This document shows positions 29,201-37,960 of a stretch of DNA of 64,000 nt, one piece after another. The stretch comes from Verrucomicrobiota bacterium. Lineage in GTDB: Bacteria > Verrucomicrobiota > Verrucomicrobiia > Limisphaerales > SXTU01. Both the position numbers and the translations under genes were made by a program. How positions within the stretch are numbered: position 1 is the first letter of the stretch; the number at the start of each line of letters is the position of its first letter. The notes below the pieces were generated by a model. It made no database searches, had not been told where the DNA came from, and saw only the letters and a list, made by a program, of their open reading frames with translations. Location of the stretch: positions 1,842 through 65,841 of the forward strand of contig VHDH01000005.1 of the NCBI GenBank assembly GCA_016871445.1, given 5' to 3'.

Positions 29201-29973
29201 CGGAGCCGCTCGCCCTCATGCGTGCGCGCAGAAATCTCAGCCTGCAAGGTGTCAAATTGGTGTCGCGCAAGCTGCGTGTCGAGGTGCTGCAACTCCACCG
29301 CCACCTGCTTGAAGCGACGGGCCTTGCCGGCTTGACGCTGGAGCGAGCCAATCTGGCGCTTGACCTCGCGGATAAGGTCGTCGATCCGCAAAAGATTTTG
29401 ATCCGTGTGCTCCAGTTTGCGGAGAGCTTCCTTTTTCTGTGCCTTGAACTTGGTGATGCCCGCCGCCTCCTCGAACACCATGCGCCGATCCTCAGGCTTG
29501 CTCTGAATAATTTGCGTAATGTGGCCTTGAGCCATGATGGAGTAGCTCGTCCGCCCGACGCCCGTGCCCATGAAAAACTGCTGAATGTCCCGCAACCGGC
29601 AGGGCACCTTGTTGATGAAATACTCCGAGCCGCCATCGCGAAAAATGCGGCGGGTGATCGTGACCTCATTGAAGGTCATCTCGATGCCGGCAGCCTTGAG
29701 GTGCTCAGCGTCCACGTCGCCGATCGTCAACGAAACCTCGGCCATGCCAAGAGGCCGCCGACCGTCGGTGCCGTTGAAAATCACGTCCGCCATTTCACCG
29801 CCGCGCAGCGCGCGGGCCGATTGCTCACCCAACACCCAGCGAATAGCGTCGGCTACGTTGGACTTGCCGCACCCATTTGGTCCGACGATGGCCGTGATAC
29901 CAGGCTGGAAGTTGAGGGAGGTCTTTTCTGCAAACGACTTAAAACCAAGAACGGTGAGGTTCTTTAGATACAT
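26209..29973 (-). CDS. smc: Chromosome segregation protein SMC
   Basis: The ATG at 29973 gives MYLKNLTVLGFKSFAEKTSLNFQPGITAIVGPNGCGKSN (Walker A). Long coiled coils and a central hinge. C-terminal LSGGEQTMTAVALLFSIY and FCVLDELDAPLD (signature motif and Walker B). Confidence 0.95.
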   Translation of the reverse strand: MYLKNLTVLGFKSFAEKTSLNFQPGITAIVGPNGCGKSNVADAIRWVLGEQSARALRGGEMADVIFNGTDGRRPLGMAEVSLTIGDVDAEHLKAAGIEMTFNEVTITRRIFRDGGSEYFINKVPCRLRDIQQFFMGTGVGRTSYSIMAQGHITQIIQSKPEDRRMVFEEAAGITKFKAQKKEALRKLEHTDQNLLRIDDLIREVKRQIGSLQRQAGKARRFKQVAVELQHLDTQLARHQFDTLQAEISARTHEGERLRAEMEDLSRSVLRSEDELQQLRHQLTELDAQISGAQQQGLELKAQSERHESRIQFNEERLRELEAQNTKAFRDITESEERIGYARQELISVTQRLTDSQRKLEALRIELSAKQQAVQTAERELLARQEELRRAQTEAFNSSQQLSRVRNEINALELQKQGNLVRLEKLSSEKIQLEEERGRLDARLAEFAANVESEKLNVVAQRGTVEERQQRLRDIQGEINEVSQSLDGVLRAQAGAKSRLNVLEQLQGSHEGFSAGAQAALKQSKLALGTLADRIRVPDQYVVAIESALGHHLQLVLTEQPEAAREIFADLTANKKGRANIGCLGLKNPMFAPAVGPADAPGEFALKVIEAEPSVAYLINGLLGNTRIVADLAAATAAWQQTNGAYNFATLTGDLLNRQGIFTGGSLNGTDNGKAPSSILGRKNQITGLKTEVEQAQAQADEISRKKGTLQSEQTALQATLHQAQSDLRAQEVAIASREGEFKALHSSLQNLQNRIDTVVYEIQSLAAQEQEGKAKHDVLATKGADLEVGEKTVTARVAELGAAIDSLRHQRDTALAASNDTKVATATEEQLVRSFAGQKTPLEGRIRELEQLIATRHSEIGAFATRKTQAEGEIADSRRQIERLQHERTQVSLRVTELGVQKTAQEGDIQLREEGLREQRRQLGELQGRRSAIDIELTQKTMQVQNLRQRIQEKYALNLDDIRSECITITYAAEGAPMIETISPEEMANRGMATDWEKVAEQVAVLQKKLDDMGPVNHASIEEYEEAETRHAFLSKQHEDLVQAKAQLLEVINKINTQTQTMFAETFAKIRENFRAMFVEIFGGGKADLVLVDENDLLESGVDIVAKPPGKQLQSISLLSGGEQTMTAVALLFSIYQVKPSPFCVLDELDAPLDESNINRFIRVLQRFLEHSQFVIITHNKRTIGIADVLYGVTMQEHGVSKIVSVKFHKQDEPAAERAHVGQPLVPPAAVPDVEAEEDAPHKREETLEIVMAK

Positions 29974-30228
29974 GATTGGAAGTATTTGCCCAATAACCGG
30001 TGGGGTGTAAAGCCGAAAGCCACTATATATGGTGGTAAGTGATTGACACAGTGCATTAACGGGCAAATTAGCTCATTATTAAAGGTTGTGAACAGTCAGT
30101 GAATAACCTCATGACACTGGGGTTGGAAGGTAACGCGAGACCGCAGCACTCAACGTATTAGTCCCGAACCTGCTTGGCGCGGCTTCGTGACCGATGACAA
30201 ACCGGCAGAACCGTTGTTGAATGAGGGC

Positions 30229-31647
30229 ATGAACTCGTTGCGCCTGCTTGCCACCTTGGCCGCCGTCTGGCTCCTGACAAATGTAAATGCCTCTCATGGT
30301 GCATCGCAGTGGAATCTGCTGTTCGTCACGGCCGACGACATGAATGCAGATTCCTCCGGTTGGATGGGCTGCAAGCTGCCCACCACGCCGCATTTCGATG
30401 CCTTCGCCGCCACCGCGCATCAGTTTCGTCAGAACCACGTCACCGTGCCGATCTGCCAGCCGGGTCGCTCGGCCTTCATGACCGGCCTTGTGCCGCACCG
30501 CAACGGCGCGCTCGGCTTCCAGCCCATCACTCCTGGCACAATCACGCTCACCAGTGTCTTGAAAACGGCCGGCTATTTTACGGCGGTGATTGACAAACAC
30601 CCGCACATGAAACCGGATGCGGAGTTCAACTGGGACCTGAAACTCAGTGGCTCTGGCAAAAACCCTAAGCTCTTCGGCGAGCACGTCGCGCAGTCCATCA
30701 AGGCCGCCGCCGAGGTGGGCAAGCCGTTCTTCCTCAACGCCAACATCACCGACCCGCACCGGCCCTTCGCCAACAGCGAGCAAGGCACCGCGCAGAAGGC
30801 AAACCCGAAGAAGGCCGCCAAACGCGACGCCGACGCTGAGGTCAAGGCGTTCACGCCCGAGGAAGTAACCGTGCCAAGCTTCCTCGAAGACCTGCCCGAG
30901 GTGCGCCGCGAAATCGCCCAGTATTACACGAGCGTGCGGCGTTTCGATGCGAGCTTTGGTGAGCTGATGAAGGCCTTGCGCGCCAGCGGGCGAGAGGCAG
31001 ACACGGTTATCGTTTTCCTGTCGGACCACGGCATGTCGTTCCCGTTCTCAAAGGCCACAGTGTATCGCAACGGCACATGGTCGCCGGCGCTGCTGCGCTG
31101 GCCGGGCATGGGCGCGGCGCAGCAGCGGACCGAGTTCACCAGCAGCGTAGATATAGTCCCAACGCTGCTAGAGGTACTGAAGCAGCCGCCGCTCGCGGGC
31201 TTGGACGGACGCTCGTGGCTGCCGCTCTTGCGCGGCGAGCAGCAGCCCGGCCGCGACTTTGTTATCACCCACGTCAACACCGTGAGCAGCGGCAAGGCGT
31301 TTCCGCAGCGCTGCGTGCGGACAAAAGATTTCAGTTACCAGTTCCACGCGTGGCCCGATGGCACGCCGCACTTTCGCGTGGAAGCGATGAGTGGCCTAAC
31401 CTTCGCCGCGCTGGCCAAGGCCGCCGAGTCAGACCCAAAAATCAAACCCCGGGTAAACCAGCTTCTCGTAGGTGAACGTGAGCAATTCTTCGACCTCCGC
31501 GCCGACCCGGACGAGCGCGTGAACCTGATGGCCGATGCGAAGCACACGGCGGAAATCGCCCGGCTCAAGCAACTCTTGCTCGCCCACATGGAGAAAACCA
31601 ATGACCCCCAGTTGGAGAACTTCCGCAAAACGCTGAAACTGAGGTGA
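30229..31647 (+). CDS. Formylglycine-dependent sulfatase
   Basis: The ATG at 30229 gives signal peptide MNSLRLLATLAAVWLLTNVNA. Has NLLFVTADDMN and the sulfatase signature CQPGRSAFMTG (C-x-P-x-R). Confidence 0.85.
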   Translation: MNSLRLLATLAAVWLLTNVNASHGASQWNLLFVTADDMNADSSGWMGCKLPTTPHFDAFAATAHQFRQNHVTVPICQPGRSAFMTGLVPHRNGALGFQPITPGTITLTSVLKTAGYFTAVIDKHPHMKPDAEFNWDLKLSGSGKNPKLFGEHVAQSIKAAAEVGKPFFLNANITDPHRPFANSEQGTAQKANPKKAAKRDADAEVKAFTPEEVTVPSFLEDLPEVRREIAQYYTSVRRFDASFGELMKALRASGREADTVIVFLSDHGMSFPFSKATVYRNGTWSPALLRWPGMGAAQQRTEFTSSVDIVPTLLEVLKQPPLAGLDGRSWLPLLRGEQQPGRDFVITHVNTVSSGKAFPQRCVRTKDFSYQFHAWPDGTPHFRVEAMSGLTFAALAKAAESDPKIKPRVNQLLVGEREQFFDLRADPDERVNLMADAKHTAEIARLKQLLLAHMEKTNDPQLENFRKTLKLR

Positions 31648-31753
31648 CGGGTGCCGACGGTTTACAAGCGTCGATTGCGGAGAAAAGCCGTCAGCATTCC
31701 TCCGGGCTAGCTAGTTCGCTCGGGCCGGGCTGATGGCGAGTTGCCGGAACATG

Positions 31754-33028
31754 TTAAGCGCGCGGCGCGAGCTTCTTTTCAATCGGCACCTTGTCCAACA
31801 CCGCGAACTTGGGCAGGCCGCCCTCGCTGGGCGGATGGGAATCGCCCTCGATAAGCGGAGCGGCGTACTCAATGAACTTCTCATTTGGCAGGAAACCGTC
31901 TGCCGCAATCCAGTCACTGGGCAGGAAATGCTCCACGTTGGCAATGTCATCCAAGGGTTGAAGATCGGTCGTCCACGTGTAAGGCCGGTTGCTGGTGCGG
32001 ACAATTTTCACCATGAATCCGCTTTTGCCGCCAACAGCTGCGCGGACAGCGGTTTCGCCGCACGCCACAGCTTCGTTCACATCCGTCTTGCTGGCAAAAT
32101 GGGCGGCTGCGCGCTGCGCGTAGCCAAGCTTCACCGTGCGGGTCTTGAGGTTTAGTTTGCCCTGCACAATCTCCATCAAACGGTCCGCCGCACCGCCTAA
32201 CTCCGCGTGGCCGAAGGCATCCACGCGCGTCTTATCCACGCCGATTTCTTCGCCGGCTGCGTTCTTGAGACCCTCGCCCACGACGACAATACAATACTTC
32301 AGCGCAGCAACGGTTTCCTTCACCTTCGCGAGAAACTTTGCTTCCTCGAAAGGAATCTCTGGGAGCAAAATAAGATGCGGCGCGTCGGTAGGCTGACGTT
32401 TTGCTAGCACGGTACCCGCAGCGATCCACCCGCCGGCGCGGCCCATCACCTCGACGATACAGCACGAGCCATCGTCGGTGGCCATCGAGCTGACATCGAA
32501 CGCGACTTCCATGACGGTCGTGGCGTTATATTTGATCACCGAGCCGTAGCCGTTGCAGTGGTCGGTATGGGGCAGATCGTTGTCAATTGTCTTGGGAATG
32601 CCAATGCAACGCATGTCCCAGCCGCGCCTTACGGCCTCGTGATGAATCTTGTTGGTGGTGTCCTGCGAGTCGTTTCCGCCCGCGTAAAAGAAGAAGCGAA
32701 TGTTGTGCGCCTGAAAGACCTCGAAGAGGCGATCCATATCTTGCGCGGCTTTCTCAGGTTTCTTTTTAAAATTAATCTTGTAACGGCAGGTGCCCAGCCC
32801 GGCAGCAGGCGTGTACTTGAGGCCCTCGATGGCCCGTGCTTTCTCCTCGTTGAGGTCAATCAGCGTCTCATTAAGGATGCCGAGAATGCCGTTTAGCCCG
32901 CCATAAATCTCCTCGATGCACTCGTGCCGGCCCGCCTCTTGGATGACGCCCGCGACGCTGGCATTGATGACAGCGGTGGGGCCGCCAGACTGGGCGACGA
33001 GCACATTGCCAGTGAGTTGTTCAGCCAT
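31754..33028 (-). CDS. pfp: 6-phosphofructokinase, probably pyrophosphate-dependent
   Basis: 424-aa ORF. PFK motifs VAQSGGPTAVINA, GGNDSQDT, IGIPKTIDNDL and VEVMGRAGGWIA. Asp in GGND at the position that is Gly in the ATP-type GGDG suggests PPi specificity (inference). Confidence 0.75.
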   Translation of the reverse strand: MAEQLTGNVLVAQSGGPTAVINASVAGVIQEAGRHECIEEIYGGLNGILGILNETLIDLNEEKARAIEGLKYTPAAGLGTCRYKINFKKKPEKAAQDMDRLFEVFQAHNIRFFFYAGGNDSQDTTNKIHHEAVRRGWDMRCIGIPKTIDNDLPHTDHCNGYGSVIKYNATTVMEVAFDVSSMATDDGSCCIVEVMGRAGGWIAAGTVLAKRQPTDAPHLILLPEIPFEEAKFLAKVKETVAALKYCIVVVGEGLKNAAGEEIGVDKTRVDAFGHAELGGAADRLMEIVQGKLNLKTRTVKLGYAQRAAAHFASKTDVNEAVACGETAVRAAVGGKSGFMVKIVRTSNRPYTWTTDLQPLDDIANVEHFLPSDWIAADGFLPNEKFIEYAAPLIEGDSHPPSEGGLPKFAVLDKVPIEKKLAPRA

Positions 33029-33275
33029 ATGCAGTAGTTAGCAGGGACGTTGTTCAGCCTGGGAATTCTGGAAACGAAGGCCACCCGGCGCAAGCCGGTT
33101 CACCCTGCCAATCGTCCGAAAACGTGTCAAAGCTGGATTTATAAGTTCCCGCCGTTGGCGCCGATGATGCAAACGCAATACATTCAGCTGAGCGCTCGTG
33201 CATTAACCCTATGTCACAATCTTGCCCATTGCCCCGTCATTGCCTTCCGGGCGCGGCTCCGCTTTCCTTTCCCCC

Positions 33276-34646
33276 ATGCAACTGATCCTCGATTATCTCG
33301 CTGCGCACGAGGCACGTTTTCTGCGCGAACTTTGTGACTACTTGCGCTTCCCCAGCGTTTCGGCACAGCCACAGCACAAGCCCGACCTCGAACGTTGCGC
33401 CAGTTGGATTGCCAACCACGCCCGCAGCCTCGGCCTCGAAGTAGAAGTCTGCCCCACCAACGGAAATCCCATCGTTCTCGCCCGCACGCCGCGACGGCCG
33501 AGCACGCGTCGACCGCACTACGTCGTCTATGGCCACTACGACGTGCAACCGCCGGAGCCGCTGGAGCTGTGGACGTCGCCCCCGTTTGAGCCGCGCATCG
33601 AAGGCCGCAGTCTCTTCGCGCGCGGATCGTGCGACAACAAAGGCCAACACTTCGCGCATTTGAAGGCTGTTGAAGCATTTCTCAAGACGGGCACGGAACT
33701 GCCCTGCGACATTACTTTCCTCATCGAAGGCGAAGAGGAAATTGGCTGCGAAAACCTCGCGCCCTTCCTCCGTGCGCGGAAAAAGGATTTGCGCTGCGAA
33801 GCGTTTGTCATTTCGGACAACGGCCTGCCCAGCAAGCGCCACCCAGCGCTTACCTACGCGCTGCGCGGCATTTTTGCCGTGGAAATCCGCCTCGACGGAC
33901 CGAAACGCGACTTGCACTCCGGCCTGTTCGGCGGGGCGGTGGATAACCCTGCGATGGCGCTTGCGCAGATGCTCGCGTCGCTGCGGGACCGGCGTGGCCG
34001 CGTCAACATCCCTGGCTTCTACGACGCTGTCGCGCCACTCTCAAAATACGAGCGCGCGATGCTAAAAAAGCTGCCCGGCAATGAGGAATCCTTTCGTAAA
34101 CTCGTCGGCGCACCGGCGCTGTTTGGTGAAGCCGGTTTCACCAGCACCGAGCGCCGCACCGCGCGGCCGACGTGCGAAATCAATGGTCTGACTAGTGGTT
34201 ACCAAGGCGCAGGCAGCAAAACCATCGTGCCTGCGTGGGCGCGCGCGAAGCTGACCTTTCGCCTCGTGCCCAACATGGATCCCCACCAAGTGCAACGACT
34301 CGTGGTCGCGCATTTCAAGAAGCTTTGCCCACCGAGTTGCAAGTTAACTGTGGAGGCTGGACATGCCGGCCAACCTTATCTGGTGCAGCCCGATAGCCCG
34401 CGAGCGCAGGCCGCATTGCGGGCGTTGCGAGGCGCGTTCGGCTGCGAGCCGGTGCTGATGCGCGAGGGTGGCTCCATTCCCATCGTGAACGACTTCAAGC
34501 GCATTCTCGGGGTGGAAACGCTGCTGCTTGGTCTATCGCTGCCAGACGACAACGCCCATTCTCCCAACGAGAAGTTTGACCTCGACTGCTTCTGTGCCGG
34601 GATGCGGATGAGTGCGCTTCTCTGGCCGGAATTAGCAAAATTGTGA
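33276..34646 (+). CDS. M20-family metallopeptidase (dipeptidase / ArgE-DapE-like)
   Basis: The ATG at 33276 gives MQLILDYLAAHEARFLRELCDYLRFPSVS. Has the metal-ligand region VVYGHYDVQP, ARGSCDNKGQ, EGEEEIG and a C-terminal AHSPNE. Confidence 0.8.
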   Translation: MQLILDYLAAHEARFLRELCDYLRFPSVSAQPQHKPDLERCASWIANHARSLGLEVEVCPTNGNPIVLARTPRRPSTRRPHYVVYGHYDVQPPEPLELWTSPPFEPRIEGRSLFARGSCDNKGQHFAHLKAVEAFLKTGTELPCDITFLIEGEEEIGCENLAPFLRARKKDLRCEAFVISDNGLPSKRHPALTYALRGIFAVEIRLDGPKRDLHSGLFGGAVDNPAMALAQMLASLRDRRGRVNIPGFYDAVAPLSKYERAMLKKLPGNEESFRKLVGAPALFGEAGFTSTERRTARPTCEINGLTSGYQGAGSKTIVPAWARAKLTFRLVPNMDPHQVQRLVVAHFKKLCPPSCKLTVEAGHAGQPYLVQPDSPRAQAALRALRGAFGCEPVLMREGGSIPIVNDFKRILGVETLLLGLSLPDDNAHSPNEKFDLDCFCAGMRMSALLWPELAKL

Positions 34647-34652
34647 AGCCGC

Positions 34653-35183
34653 CTACTTTATTTTGGCTGCTTGTTTCACGGCGTTGACAATGCGTCGGTC
34701 ATCGTGTCCGGCGTCGCGCACGAGTTCGAGGAACTGCGGGAGAGTCATGTTCATTCGGCGCAAGAACGGCCGGTCGCCCGCGCATCCGTACATCAAGTCG
34801 TCAGGCATTTCGCCGCGCAGCTTGAGCCGAGCCTTCACGATGAGCCGGGGTAACCAAGCAATGCCGTCCACCTCCGCAGACTTCGCGGGCAGACTTTCCA
34901 TCGTCACCTTGTGGGTGGCCGGCTTGCCGCCAAGCACGTTAAGAAAGTAATCGCGTCGGATTGAGGTAACCGCTAGCGAAGTCGCATAGTCGGGGTCCCC
35001 GTTGTAGCGTTGGCAGTCGTCCACAAAATCGAACAGCTCCTGCGTCGTGCACCCGAGACCTGCGAGGAAAGTCGTGTCCTCCGCGCTGAACATCGTGCTG
35101 GGCGCCTTGCGGCCCGCGTGCCATGCCTGCTCCGCCCGCACCCAAACGCATCGGAACTCTGTCTGCCAGTCATTTTCGTTCAC
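34653..35183 (-). CDS. Protein with C-terminal DUF5069-like domain; N-terminal half unknown
   Basis: The ORF extends to the ATG at 35270, but the first ~30 codons have visibly low third-position GC and overlap the divergent gene, so GTG 35183 is preferred (uncertain). C-terminal IAWLPRLIVKARLKLRGEMPDDLMYGCAGDRPFLRRMNMT resembles DUF5069. Confidence 0.5.
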   Translation of the reverse strand: MNENDWQTEFRCVWVRAEQAWHAGRKAPSTMFSAEDTTFLAGLGCTTQELFDFVDDCQRYNGDPDYATSLAVTSIRRDYFLNVLGGKPATHKVTMESLPAKSAEVDGIAWLPRLIVKARLKLRGEMPDDLMYGCAGDRPFLRRMNMTLPQFLELVRDAGHDDRRIVNAVKQAAKIK

Positions 35184-35247
35184 AGCCGAAGCATAGCTAA
35201 GCGACTTTCGGAGGCAACCCCTTGCCGAGGCTGCTAAACTAGCTGCG

Positions 35248-35817
35248 ATGAAACCGTTAAACGAAGCCATTGCCGCCGTGCTGCGCGAAGTGAGTCAAGG
35301 CTGTGCCGCTGACCGTTCGACGCTGAAGCCCGAGCGCGTCCGGGTCACGCTGAACTTCGCTCTAACCGCCGGTCAGCCGCCGTATGCGGACGCCGCCGGG
35401 CCACACTCAGTCACGGCAGAGTTCGTGTTGGGCGCTGCTGGTCAGGAGCCGATCTTCCTGCCGGCCGAGCCAAAAAAAAATCTGCATGAGTGCACGTCGC
35501 TCCTGACGCAAATCTTTGGCGCACCCGGATTCGATAGTTCCGCGCGAGCGACGGTATTCCGCGAAACGCTAGCCGGGCTGACGCCGAAAGAAATCGAAGC
35601 CGTAATGGCCGCACTCACCACGCCGCTCAACGGCATCATGGACGAACGCCAACGACAAGTGGTCCACATATTGCGCGGCGTAATCCACAGTGGGCCGACC
35701 AAGCAAATGGAGCGCGGAGCGGAGCTCTTGCGCCGCGTGTTTGCGAACCACCCGCTGGCCGAAGTGATGCAAAACGTCGAGGCGGACTGGAAGACGCAAG
35801 ACGCTTGGTTGGGCTGA
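35248..35817 (+). CDS. Hypothetical protein (two apparent halves; contains an A9 tract)
   Basis: 189-aa ORF with ATG and coding-like GC3. No family recognised with confidence. The N-terminal ~75 aa (LNEAIAAVLREV...ERVRVTLNFALT...VTAEFVL) faintly recalls small beta-rich conflict-system adaptor domains. The C-terminal half is helical. Confidence 0.4.
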   Translation: MKPLNEAIAAVLREVSQGCAADRSTLKPERVRVTLNFALTAGQPPYADAAGPHSVTAEFVLGAAGQEPIFLPAEPKKNLHECTSLLTQIFGAPGFDSSARATVFRETLAGLTPKEIEAVMAALTTPLNGIMDERQRQVVHILRGVIHSGPTKQMERGAELLRRVFANHPLAEVMQNVEADWKTQDAWLG

Positions 35818-35844
35818 TGCGAGCCAGTGATTTATTAGGTGGCC

Positions 35845-37398
35845 TCAGTTTTCCTTCCGGTAACTGGCCACCACCCACTCACTCAGAACCTTGTCCGGCG
35901 CAGCCACGGCCTCGGCAGGGAGGGTGAACTCCTTCTGGCCCGTGTTCGTGGAGATGAGCTTCAGGCCGAACTGGTAGTCCTTGAACTTCGTCCCGCACAA
36001 GTCGCGCACAGAGAGTTGCTTCTCTAGCGCCTCACCCACCAGCGCATCCGCTGCCGCATCAGTGAAGCGCAGTATTAGCCCATGCTCCTTTGCATAACGC
36101 TCGCCGAACTCCTGCACGAGCTGGCGCATTACGGCGCGGCCCTCGCGGTCATGCTCGGCCAGTAACTGCCTCAGCGCGGCGCCGGGTTGGTCCACCAGCT
36201 CACGCGCGACCACGAAGCGTTTCACGCCGGTGCTGGGTAGCTCGAACTTGAAGTCGCGCAGCACGCGCTCGCACACGGTCATCAGGCCGCGCGCGCCGGT
36301 CTTCTCCTCACCCGCGCGCTCGGCGATGCGCCGCAGCGCCTCGTCGCGAAAGAGCACCTCGATGCCGTAAGCGGCGAAGTCCTGCTCGTATTGCCGGATG
36401 ATGCTGCCCTCGCTGGTCTTGAGAATATGGAAGAGGTCGTCCACCGCGAGCGGTTGGCAGACGACGCGCACTGGCAGGCGACCGATGAACTCCGGCTCAA
36501 AGCCAAAGTCAATAAAGTCGCGCGTCTCCATGTAGTCCAACACACGCTCGGCGTCAGCCGCCGCGTTTGCCTTTGCTGCAAAACCGATGGTTGCCTCGCG
36601 CAGGCGCTTGCGCACGAGCTTGTCCAGCCCGTCGAACGCGCCGCTGACGACGAACAGGATGTGCTTGGTATTGATGGTGGCTGGACCTTTTTTGCCGCGT
36701 TGCGTTTCCATCATGGCCTGAATCTGCCCGGCCACATCCTGCGGTGAGCGTGCGGGCACCTCAGTTTCCTCCATGAGCTTGAGCAAGTTGGTCTGGACGC
36801 CGCGCCCGCTCACGTCGCGCCCGGAACTGTTCGGCGCGCTGGCCAGCTTGTCGATCTCGTCTATGTAAATAATGCCGTGCTGCGCACGGGCGATGTCGCC
36901 GTCCGCGCGGCGGACCAGCTCACGCACGATGTCCTCCACGTCGCCGCCCACGTAGCCGGTCTCGCTGAACTTGGTCGCGTCCGCCTTGACGAACGGCACA
37001 CCGATCAAGTCCGCCATACTGCGAACTAGGTAGGTTTTCCCGACGCCCGTGGGACCGAGCAGGATGATGTTCTGCTTGGTGTAATTCGGCGTGGCTCTGC
37101 CCGCGAGCGCAGCCTGAACGGCGTGGTAATGATCGCAGAGCGCGACGCTGAGAACCTTCTTTGCCTCGTCTTGCTGAATGACAAAACGGTCGAGGTGCGC
37201 CTTTACGTCGCGGGGCTTGCGAGCGAAGGTGAACGCCGCTGTGGCGACGTCGGCTTCCGGTGACTCGGCGCTGCGATCAAAGCCGGGCTGCGTGGCGCCA
37301 GTGGCCGGCGGGGGCACCTGCAGGTGGCGCATGAGGTCACTAAGGCGGCGCTGGAATTCCTCAGGCGTTGGTTGGTTGCTCGCGGAAACTTTATGCAT
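35845..37398 (-). CDS. ClpX-like AAA+ unfoldase paralog lacking the N-terminal zinc-binding domain
   Basis: 517-aa ORF. Walker A LLGPTGVGKTYL, pore-1 loop ETGYVGGDVE, Walker B IIYIDEIDKL, IGF-type loop EATIGFAAK, sensor GARGL. No Cys-cluster N-domain. About 110 aa of extra C-terminal sequence. Confidence 0.8.
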   Translation of the reverse strand: MHKVSASNQPTPEEFQRRLSDLMRHLQVPPPATGATQPGFDRSAESPEADVATAAFTFARKPRDVKAHLDRFVIQQDEAKKVLSVALCDHYHAVQAALAGRATPNYTKQNIILLGPTGVGKTYLVRSMADLIGVPFVKADATKFSETGYVGGDVEDIVRELVRRADGDIARAQHGIIYIDEIDKLASAPNSSGRDVSGRGVQTNLLKLMEETEVPARSPQDVAGQIQAMMETQRGKKGPATINTKHILFVVSGAFDGLDKLVRKRLREATIGFAAKANAAADAERVLDYMETRDFIDFGFEPEFIGRLPVRVVCQPLAVDDLFHILKTSEGSIIRQYEQDFAAYGIEVLFRDEALRRIAERAGEEKTGARGLMTVCERVLRDFKFELPSTGVKRFVVARELVDQPGAALRQLLAEHDREGRAVMRQLVQEFGERYAKEHGLILRFTDAAADALVGEALEKQLSVRDLCGTKFKDYQFGLKLISTNTGQKEFTLPAEAVAAPDKVLSEWVVASYRKEN

Positions 37399-37461
37399 GG
37401 CAGAAAATACGGTGGCAGTGAACCGCCGCTTTGCAAGCTGTAGACGACAGGTAAGGTTGCT

Positions 37462-37920
37462 CTACGAGGCGGGGGCGCGAATTTCCGGATGGCGAAGCTG
37501 CCCGCCTAAGTTTGCCGAGCGCGCCATCAGCAAGAAAGTGGCGAGCGCAAACAGCAGAGCGGTCAGTACAGCCCAGCGCGGAACGGGCTTGCCACCGCGC
37601 GCGGCAAACAGGCCTGCCGCCGCCGCCAAGCCCAGCACGAAGACGCCGGTTGTGGCTTGGTCGGCGGATTGCTCGTGGGCATTAAGCAGATTCTTGTCGA
37701 GTTGAACCGTCCCAGGTTCGGCAGCCAGCGCTTCGGCCGCGAAGTCCCCGGTGAACTTGATGGCGATGGACGCCGCCGCGAGCAATGCCAACGCCCAGAG
37801 GCTCACGCGTTGCAACTCGTCGCTCCGTCGCGCGAGCCCAACGGCGAGCAGCACGCCGGCAAAGAGCACGCCGAGCACAGGCACATGGTTGAGGGCGAGG
37901 TGGAGGTGGACCCAGTTCAT
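37462..37920 (-). CDS. Small integral membrane protein (about 4 TM helices; DUF2231-like impression)
   Basis: The ORF extends to 38028; the ATG at 37920 gives MNWVHLHLALNHVPVLGVLFAGVLLAVGL. Four hydrophobic segments. Confidence 0.5.
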   Translation of the reverse strand: MNWVHLHLALNHVPVLGVLFAGVLLAVGLARRSDELQRVSLWALALLAAASIAIKFTGDFAAEALAAEPGTVQLDKNLLNAHEQSADQATTGVFVLGLAAAAGLFAARGGKPVPRWAVLTALLFALATFLLMARSANLGGQLRHPEIRAPAS

Positions 37921-37960
37921 CCTGAAGGGTGGGTATCCGACGGCTTGGGCGGGGTTGACG

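Noticed and set aside
35184-35270. Apparent 23-nt overlap of two divergent start codons (ATG 35248 on plus, ATG 35270 on minus)
   Set aside because: The first ~30 codons of the minus-strand ORF have clearly lower third-position GC than the rest and encode no recognisable sequence. This is probably an over-extended ORF whose real start is GTG 35183 or ATG 35093, not a genuine head-to-head overlap.
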